DNA from: Candidatus Eiseniibacteriota bacterium
GTDB taxonomy: Bacteria > Orphanbacterota > Orphanbacteria > Orphanbacterales > Orphanbacteraceae
Length of the DNA: 64,000 nucleotides
Reading direction: 5' to 3'
Assembly (NCBI GenBank): GCA_024276995.1
Contig: JAJRWB010000014.1
Location: 138,751-202,750, forward strand
Made by a program: the position numbers and the translations under genes. The notes beneath the pieces are model-generated. The model saw nothing but the letters and a program-made list of their open reading frames with translations. It searched no databases and had not been told where the DNA came from. This document shows, piece after piece, positions 57,581 through 64,000 of the stretch (position 1 is its first letter; each line of letters opens with the position of its first letter).

Positions 57581-59886
57581 AGAAAGCGGCCGCCCCCCGT
57601 CCGCGCGAGGCGCTTCTTCTTGCCGCGGGCCTCGCCGCCGTGCTCCTCGTGTTTTACTGGAGGAATCTCGTCGGATTTCCCTTCGCCAAAACCTTCTTCT
57701 GGGAAGATTTCATCTATCAGAATTACCCATATCGCGCGTTCCTCGCCGAACAGCTGCGCGCCGGTATCCTTCCTTTCTGGAATCCGTATCAATTCGGAGG
57801 GATGCCGTACGTGGCGGATGTGCAGGCCGCCGCCTTCTATCCACCGAACGCGCTGCTCGCCCTGTTCGTGAAGGGGAACCGTCTGGCGGCGGAGTGGGTC
57901 GAACTGCTCGGCGTGCTTCATGCACTCGCAGGCGGCTTCTTCATGGCGCTGCTGGTGCGCAACCGAACGCGCTGCACCTATGCCGCATCCCTCTCGGCGG
58001 TTGCGTGGGCGCTCGGCGGTTTCTTCGTGGTCCGCATGATCCACCTGAACATCCTGTCGGTGGTCACCTGGATGCCCGCGATTCTCCTCCTGCTCATTCT
58101 CGCCGTGGAGAAACGCTCCCTCGCCGCCGCCGCCGCGGGAGGACTCCTCTTCGGCGTTTCCACACTGGCGGGCGCTCCGCAATACACCCTCTTCATCGCC
58201 TTTCTTCTCGGGCTGTACGCCTTCGTCGAGATGATCCGCGGCCGCAGGAAGGGGCTTTCCCGGCTTGCCCCCGCCTGCCACCTCGCCGTCGTCGTCGGTG
58301 TGGGTGGTGGGCTGTCGGCGGTGCAGTTCCTTCCCACCACACAGCTCGCCGACCTGTCGATGCGCTCGGAAATGACGTACGAGAAATCGACCGAGGTGAG
58401 CCTCACCCCGGCGAGCTTCGCCACGCTGATCCTCCCGAAACTCTACGGGAGCGCGGCGGGATGGAGGAACGATCGTTACTGGGGACCGGGATCGTATTTC
58501 TACTCATGGGAATCGACCGCCTACACCGGAATCGTCATCCTTCTACTCGCCGCCCTGGCGCTGCTGTACTCTTCGCGGGAGAAGGGAGTGATCTTCGCGG
58601 CGGTTCTCGCCGTCTTCGGAATCGTGCTCGCCCTTGGCGGCTACGGACCGCTTCATCCCCTCTTCTACAAGTTCCTACCGATGTACGACAAGTTCCGCTG
58701 TCCCGGGCGTGCGCTCATCCTGACCGCTTTCGCCCTCGTCTTCCTCGCCGGCCGGGGGGCTCGTCTTCTCGGTGATCGGCCGCCGAAGTCGCGCTTCGCC
58801 GGTCGATCGTCGATCCTTGTGATCGTCGGTATCCTCGCCGCCACCGGGACGGTCGCGTTTTTCGCCGCATCGAGCCGTGCCGCCACGCTGATCGGCAAGC
58901 CTTTCGCCTCGGGCGATGCCTTGCGGGCCTACCTCTTCTTCCTCGTCGTCACTGCGGCGGCCTCGGTCCCGGTCATTCGGTGGAGCCGGTCGTCGAAGCG
59001 CCTCTCCCGCGCTTCTCGCGGCTTTCTCCTTCTTCTCGCCGTGGGGGAACTTTTTGTTTACGGCTTCGGTTACAACGACGGCGCCGTCGATCCAAACGCC
59101 TTCTACAGGGGACGATCCGACCCGGTGGAGCGGATTCGCGCCGCCGTCGGAGGGGAGGCGTACCGGGTGAAGACCCGCGCCCCCGAAGGGCTCATCCTCC
59201 CGCGCAACCAGGGAACGATCAATCACCTGCGAAGCGTGGACGGGTACAACCAGCTTCTCCTCGAAAGGTTCAACACCATACGGAACGATGCGACGATTCC
59301 CCTCGGCAGGCGGCTCGACCTTCTCGGCGTGAAGGTGTACGCCGCCTTCGATACGACCCGCCGTTCGCTTACGCTCCAAGTGAACGAGAGCGCTCTTCCG
59401 CGGGCCTATTTCGTCGGTTCGGGGGAGCCGTCCGGCGGAGCGGCGGCGACGATCGAACGGATCGGTGAACCGTCGTTCGATCCGCGGCGGACGGTGGTTC
59501 TCGAGGGAGAGGCCGAGACGGTGCGGGGGAACGCTTCCGGACGGGCGGAAGTGAGTCGGTGGGGACCGAACCGGATCGACATCACCGTCACTTCGGACGG
59601 ACCCGGCTACCTTGTGCTGAACGAAATCGCCTTCCCGGCATGGAAGGTTTACGTGAACGGTGAAGAGCGCGAAGCCCTCACGGCGGACTACGCGTTCCGC
59701 GCCGTTCGTCTTGAAGGGGGAGCGAACGAAGTGTCCTGGCGCTACCGCTCGGACAGGCTGCGGGCCGGTCTCGCCGTCACCGCCGTCACGCTGGTGCTCT
59801 GCGCTCTTTACCTTTTCATCGGCGGCCCGCGCAGGGGGGATCGTCTCGCGGTCGTTCTTCGCGGCGTCTGGAAAGGATCCCGCTGA
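57577..59886 (+). CDS. YfhO-like polytopic membrane protein (putative GT-C type glycosyltransferase)
   Basis: 769 aa from ATG 57577 (ATGA overlap with GT4). It has many N-terminal TM helices, WNPYQFGGMPYVADVQAAAFYPPN, a large extracytoplasmic C-terminal domain and a final TM (LAVTAVTLVLCALYLFIG), which is the YfhO-type topology. The family call is made by eye only. Confidence 0.7.
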   Translation: MKKAAAPRPREALLLAAGLAAVLLVFYWRNLVGFPFAKTFFWEDFIYQNYPYRAFLAEQLRAGILPFWNPYQFGGMPYVADVQAAAFYPPNALLALFVKGNRLAAEWVELLGVLHALAGGFFMALLVRNRTRCTYAASLSAVAWALGGFFVVRMIHLNILSVVTWMPAILLLLILAVEKRSLAAAAAGGLLFGVSTLAGAPQYTLFIAFLLGLYAFVEMIRGRRKGLSRLAPACHLAVVVGVGGGLSAVQFLPTTQLADLSMRSEMTYEKSTEVSLTPASFATLILPKLYGSAAGWRNDRYWGPGSYFYSWESTAYTGIVILLLAALALLYSSREKGVIFAAVLAVFGIVLALGGYGPLHPLFYKFLPMYDKFRCPGRALILTAFALVFLAGRGARLLGDRPPKSRFAGRSSILVIVGILAATGTVAFFAASSRAATLIGKPFASGDALRAYLFFLVVTAAASVPVIRWSRSSKRLSRASRGFLLLLAVGELFVYGFGYNDGAVDPNAFYRGRSDPVERIRAAVGGEAYRVKTRAPEGLILPRNQGTINHLRSVDGYNQLLLERFNTIRNDATIPLGRRLDLLGVKVYAAFDTTRRSLTLQVNESALPRAYFVGSGEPSGGAAATIERIGEPSFDPRRTVVLEGEAETVRGNASGRAEVSRWGPNRIDITVTSDGPGYLVLNEIAFPAWKVYVNGEEREALTADYAFRAVRLEGGANEVSWRYRSDRLRAGLAVTAVTLVLCALYLFIGGPRRGDRLAVVLRGVWKGSR

Positions 59887-60884
59887 TGGGCCGTTCCCGG
59901 AGCCTGGCGCTCAACGGGGGAAAGGGCCTTCTCAGCGCCCTTCTTCTCTGGTGGCTTCTCCGCGGGGGGATGTTCGATCGCGTCGTGGAGGTGACGGCGA
60001 ACCGTTTCCATCTCGGCGCGTTCCTCCTCGGCCTGGGCGCCTTCGCGCTGAGCAATGTCTTCGGCGGAATCCAATGGAACATCCTTCTCCGTGCCCAGGA
60101 GATCCGTATTCCCTTCCGCAAGGCGATCTCCTTATATTTCGTAGGTCTCTTCTTCTCCAATTTCCTCCCGGCCAACCTCGGGGGGGACGTCGTGAAGGTG
60201 GTCGATCTCTATCGCTCCACCGGGAAGGGGGGCGGTGTTGTGGCGGCGACGCTCATGGATCGCGGCGCGGGCCTCGCCATGCTCTCCCTCATGGCGTGCA
60301 TCGCGGGCGCCGTCTCGTGGAATCTCTTCGGCAATGAACCTTTTCTCCTCCTCCTGCCGCTCTTCTTCCTGGCTTTCATCGGCGGCGGGCTTCTCGTCAT
60401 CAGCAATCGAATGGTGAGCGCCCTCCAGCGTCTCGTCGCCAAGTTCCCGGTAAAGGCGGTGCGCGACAAGGTCTCCTCCGTGCTCACCGCGCTCTTCACG
60501 TTCCGCCACAGGAAAAGAGCGCTTCTCCTCGCTCTCGCCGTCGCTCTTCCCGTGCAGAGTCTCCGCATCGGTGTTCACTACCTCGCCGCCCGCGCCCTCG
60601 GGGTGCACGCCGCACCGGTCTATTTCTTTCTTTTCATCCCGATGATCGCCGTGTTCATCGCGTTGCCGATCTCGATCAACGGTCTCGGCGTCCGGGAGGG
60701 GCTCGGTGTCTATTTCTACGGCATGATCGGTATCGACAACGATCTCGCCTTTGCCATTTCCTTTCTCGCCTACGTGATCGGCGTGCTCGTCAGCCTTACC
60801 GGCGGGGCGCTCTTCGTCCTCCGTCCCGGATCGCGCGGACGGGAAGGGGCGGCGGACTTGCGGCGCGGGGCCGGATCGGGCTAG
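59886..60884 (+). CDS. UPF0104 / LPG-synthase-TM (MprF flippase-like) membrane protein
   Basis: 332 aa with about 8 TM helices and FVGLFFSNFLPANLGGDVVKV, the motif typical of the flippase-like family. ATG overlaps the upstream stop (TGATG). Confidence 0.75.
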   Translation: MGRSRSLALNGGKGLLSALLLWWLLRGGMFDRVVEVTANRFHLGAFLLGLGAFALSNVFGGIQWNILLRAQEIRIPFRKAISLYFVGLFFSNFLPANLGGDVVKVVDLYRSTGKGGGVVAATLMDRGAGLAMLSLMACIAGAVSWNLFGNEPFLLLLPLFFLAFIGGGLLVISNRMVSALQRLVAKFPVKAVRDKVSSVLTALFTFRHRKRALLLALAVALPVQSLRIGVHYLAARALGVHAAPVYFFLFIPMIAVFIALPISINGLGVREGLGVYFYGMIGIDNDLAFAISFLAYVIGVLVSLTGGALFVLRPGSRGREGAADLRRGAGSG

Positions 60885-60903
60885 AATCCACTGCCTGCAG
60901 CCG

Positions 60904-63222
60904 ATGGAGGGCCGTGTGGAAGAAGTGCTCTCGGGGATGAAAAGCGCGTCTCCCCGTTCACGATCAGCCGATATCGACCGGATCGTTTCGCTGCTCCTTT
61001 TCGCAGCGGTTTTTCTCGTCTATCTCGTTACCCTCGCGCCGAGCGTGTCGTTCTGGGATTCGGGCGAGTTCATCGCCGCGTCGCGTATCCTCGGCGTACC
61101 CCATCCGCCGGGCACCCCTTTGTATATCCTCCTCGGACGGGTATTCACCCTTCTGCCGATCTCCACGGTCGCGGTGCGGGTCGACCTCCTTTCGGCACTC
61201 CCATCGGCTCTCGCCGTGGTCTTCCTCTACCAGGCCCTCATACTGATCTCGCGCCGCATGGCGGGCGACGGTGAGAGCCGTCTCCGAGCGATGCCGTTCT
61301 ACCGCGCCGGCGCGGCGACCGGGTCGCTCGTCGCCGCCTTCGGCTCGACCTGCTGGACGAACGCAACCGAATCGGAGGTATACGCTCTGAGCGGGTTGGT
61401 GATCGCCCTTTGTCTCTGGCTCCTCATCCGCTGGGGATACGGCGCCGAACCGTCCCGTGACCGCCGTCCCCTCATGCTGATCGCGTATCTCCTGTCGCTT
61501 TGCATCGGGATCCATCTCGGAACGTACCTCGCACTTCCGGCATTCATTCTCTTCGTCTGGGCCGTCGACAGGAGGGCGTTCATCGACGGCCGCTTTCTCT
61601 CGCTGGTGGTGGTTCTCACCCTTCTCGGGGTGACGGTTCACGCATTCCTCCCGATCCGTTCCGCCCTCAACCCGGTGATCGACGAGGCGAATCCGGAGAC
61701 GAAATCGGAGATGATCGATTTTCTCCTGAGGAAGCAGTACAAGCCGAACACTCCCTTCATCCGCCAGGCGGCATGGAGTTACCAGCTCGACATGTACTGG
61801 AGATACTTCCGCGAACAGTGCGGCGCGTTGATCCCGCTCCTCGGGTTGGTCGGCATGGCGGCGCACTTCCGGCGGGAAAGGAAGAGTTTTCCCCTCTATG
61901 CCACGCTCTTCCTGATCACGAGCGTCTTTCTCGTCTTTTACATGAACTTCACCGATCATGAAGTGAGGGCGCGCGACTATTTCTTCGCGCCCTCCTTCTT
62001 TTTCTGGTCGGGGTGGGTCGGTCTCGGGGCGGCGGTGATCTTCGTAAGTCTTCGGGAGGGACGGGGGCGGACGTTTCTCGCGTCGAGGCACGGGATCGCC
62101 GTCGCCGCCGCGATCATGCTCCTCCTCCCGGCGTACGTCTGCGCGAGGAACTTCCGCACCCACGACAGGCGGGGCAACTACATCGCCAGGGAATACGCCT
62201 GGAATATCCTGAACTTTCTCGACCGCGACGCCCTCGTCTTCACGAACGGCGATAACGACACGTTCCCCCTCTGGTACCTGCAGGAGGTGGAAGGAGTGCG
62301 TCGCGATGTGCGGGTGGTGAACCTGGCGCTCCTCAACACGCCATGGTACATTTGGCAGCTGAAACATCTGCCGCCGGAAGTGCCCATCAGCATGAGCGAT
62401 CGCGATATCGAAAGGCTCAAGCCGTACATGACCCGATCCGGACGAGTCGTATACATCAAGGATATCGGCGTGAAAGATATTCTCGAGACCACGGGGTCGA
62501 GCCGGCCGATCTACTTCGCCGTCACCGTTTCCGAACTGATGGGGCTTGACACCGAGAAGCGTCTCCGTTTGGAAGGGCTCGTCTGGCGCCTCATGGGATC
62601 GAAGCAGGACGAGATGGTCGACGCGACGGTGACGGAGGGGAATCTGTGGAACCGTTACAGCTTCAAGGGGATCCTCGACGACTACAGGAGAATCGACCCG
62701 CGGGTCTACAGGAACCCCCACCAGCGCAGCCTGATTACGAACTACTCGGCCGCTTTCAGCCGGTTGGCGATCCAGTACAGGAACGAGGGAAGGTACGCCG
62801 ACGCCCTCAGGAATCTCGAGATGGCGGGCGAAATTTCGCCGAACTACCGCGTCTACCAGGCTCTTATGGGACCTTTGCTCGTCGAGGCGGGCCAGACCGC
62901 CCGGGCGGAGGAGTTCTTCCTCGATCAGACCGTGTCGCGACCCGATTCGGTCGCTCCCTGGCTCGGGCTCGCCTTCATCCGGGAACAGCAGTCGAAATAC
63001 GGGGAGGCGGAGGAGTATTATCGACGGGGGATTTCACTGGCGCCGGGGAAGCGGGAGCCGTACTTCCGTCTTTACCGGATGCTCTTGTCGATCGATGAAC
63101 CGCGCAAGGCCCGCGACGTTCTTGCGCGATGGGCGCTCGTCGACCCGGACGACGCCGAGACGGCGGCGAGAATCCGTGAACTCGATATCCTGCTCGCCGG
63201 GAAGGAGGATTCCGTCCGATGA
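60904..63222 (+). CDS. DUF2723 (TMEM260-like) polytopic membrane protein with C-terminal TPR repeats
   Basis: 772 aa. The N-terminal block APSVSFWDSGEFIAASRILGVPHPPGTPLY is the DUF2723 hallmark. About 10 TM helices follow, and the C-terminus has TPR-like repeats (YADALRNLEMAGEISPNY..., YGEAEEYYRRGISLAPG...). Confidence 0.8.
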   Translation: MEGRVEEVLSGMKSASPRSRSADIDRIVSLLLFAAVFLVYLVTLAPSVSFWDSGEFIAASRILGVPHPPGTPLYILLGRVFTLLPISTVAVRVDLLSALPSALAVVFLYQALILISRRMAGDGESRLRAMPFYRAGAATGSLVAAFGSTCWTNATESEVYALSGLVIALCLWLLIRWGYGAEPSRDRRPLMLIAYLLSLCIGIHLGTYLALPAFILFVWAVDRRAFIDGRFLSLVVVLTLLGVTVHAFLPIRSALNPVIDEANPETKSEMIDFLLRKQYKPNTPFIRQAAWSYQLDMYWRYFREQCGALIPLLGLVGMAAHFRRERKSFPLYATLFLITSVFLVFYMNFTDHEVRARDYFFAPSFFFWSGWVGLGAAVIFVSLREGRGRTFLASRHGIAVAAAIMLLLPAYVCARNFRTHDRRGNYIAREYAWNILNFLDRDALVFTNGDNDTFPLWYLQEVEGVRRDVRVVNLALLNTPWYIWQLKHLPPEVPISMSDRDIERLKPYMTRSGRVVYIKDIGVKDILETTGSSRPIYFAVTVSELMGLDTEKRLRLEGLVWRLMGSKQDEMVDATVTEGNLWNRYSFKGILDDYRRIDPRVYRNPHQRSLITNYSAAFSRLAIQYRNEGRYADALRNLEMAGEISPNYRVYQALMGPLLVEAGQTARAEEFFLDQTVSRPDSVAPWLGLAFIREQQSKYGEAEEYYRRGISLAPGKREPYFRLYRMLLSIDEPRKARDVLARWALVDPDDAETAARIRELDILLAGKEDSVR

Positions 63223-64000
63223 AGAAGGCTCTCGTTACCGGGGCGGCCGGTTTCATCGGCTCCCACCTGTCGGAGGAACTCGTCCGGCGCGGGTGGTCGG
63301 TGACCGGTATCGATTCGTTCAGCGACTACTACGACACCGCCCTCAAGGAGGAGAACGTCGCATCCCTCGTCGAATCGGAACGCTTCGATCTGCGCCGAGT
63401 CGATCTGAACCGCGCCGATCTCGAGTCGATCCTCCGGGGGGTGGACACCGTGTTCCACCAAGCGGCGCAGGCGGGCGTCCGAGCGAGCTGGGGGAGCGAA
63501 TTCGACATCTACACGAAGGCGAACATCAACGCCACGCAACGCCTCCTCGAGGCGGTCCGCCGGTCCGAAGTCCGCCGTGTCGTGCTTGCCTCCTCGTCGT
63601 CGGTCTACGGCGACGCGGCCGATCTTCCGGTGACCGAAGAGTCCCCGACGAGACCGTTCTCTCCGTACGGCGTGACGAAACTCGCCGCCGAGCACCTCGG
63701 AAGACTCTACCGGCGCAATTTCGGCGTCTCCACCGTCGGTCTCCGTTACTTCACGGTGTACGGTCCGAGACAGCGTCCCGACATGGCGTTCCGGAAAATC
63801 ATCGCCGGGATTTTCGACGGGCGGCCGGTCGACGTGTACGGCAGCGGCGACCAGAGTCGCGACTTCACCTTCGTCGGCGACGTGATCCGTGCGAATCTTC
63901 TCGCCGGGAGTGCCGACGAGCCATCGGAGGTGTACAACATCGGGGGGGGGACGCGGATCACTTTGAACGAGGCGATCGTCCTGCTCGAGGAGATTACGGG
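63219..64000 (+). CDS. NAD-dependent sugar epimerase/dehydratase (extended SDR), 3' end outside window
   Basis: MKKALVTGAAGFIGSHL is the Rossmann GxxGxxG motif, and SSSSVYG and PYGVTKLAAE give the YxxxK motif. ATG overlaps the upstream stop (ATGA). Confidence 0.9.
   Translation, partial: MKKALVTGAAGFIGSHLSEELVRRGWSVTGIDSFSDYYDTALKEENVASLVESERFDLRRVDLNRADLESILRGVDTVFHQAAQAGVRASWGSEFDIYTKANINATQRLLEAVRRSEVRRVVLASSSSVYGDAADLPVTEESPTRPFSPYGVTKLAAEHLGRLYRRNFGVSTVGLRYFTVYGPRQRPDMAFRKIIAGIFDGRPVDVYGSGDQSRDFTFVGDVIRANLLAGSADEPSEVYNIGGGTRITLNEAIVLLEEIT

Overview
This is a clearly GC-rich bacterial chromosomal core region (GC not computed). It is almost gap-free and almost entirely transcribed on the + strand. 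I count about 58 protein genes, only 2 of them on the - strand. There are also 5 tRNAs (Phe-GAA, Thr-CGT, Sec-TCA, a CAT tRNA that looks like Ile2, and Val-CAC), a type-A RNase P RNA, and an FMN riboswitch in front of a complete rib operon.

Gene content is housekeeping, in these blocks:
- glmM-glmS-ridA
- lepB-lepA-hemW-like-grpE-dnaK-dnaJ-rsmE
- mutS2-dnaG-rpoD
- Zn-ribbon/RNase HI/rnpB
- recJ-rel
- a STAS/anti-sigma-kinase/receiver module
- dtd-maf-yjbQ-mtnA
- rplM-rpsI and rpsB-tsf-pyrH-frr-uppS-cdsA-dxr-rseP
- bamA-tamB, which indicates a diderm
- pcrA-gatCAB
- ribD-E-BA-H-nusB
- a large hybrid PAS/GAF histidine kinase
- a terminal envelope-glycosylation-like cluster: GT4, YfhO-like, UPF0104 flippase-like, DUF2723/TPR and an epimerase

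I found no CRISPR array, transposase, integrase, phage or recognisable defence genes, and I cannot point to a clear-cut novel system.

The items most worth a second look are:
- the glycosylation cluster with two large multi-pass GT-C-like membrane proteins
- a HemW homologue that has lost its radical-SAM cysteine motif
- precise absence of hrcA/CIRCE from an otherwise Firmicute-like lepA...dnaJ array
- a near-consensus promoter driving a roughly 200-nt structured, AT-richer leader with a Pro-Pro-Pro mini-ORF stop/start-coupled to mutS2
- an orphan partner-switching module inserted between rel and dtd
- a well-formed tRNA-Sec

The many long antisense ORFs in the track, including a 1073-aa ORF opposite dnaK-dnaJ, are treated as GC-content artefacts.
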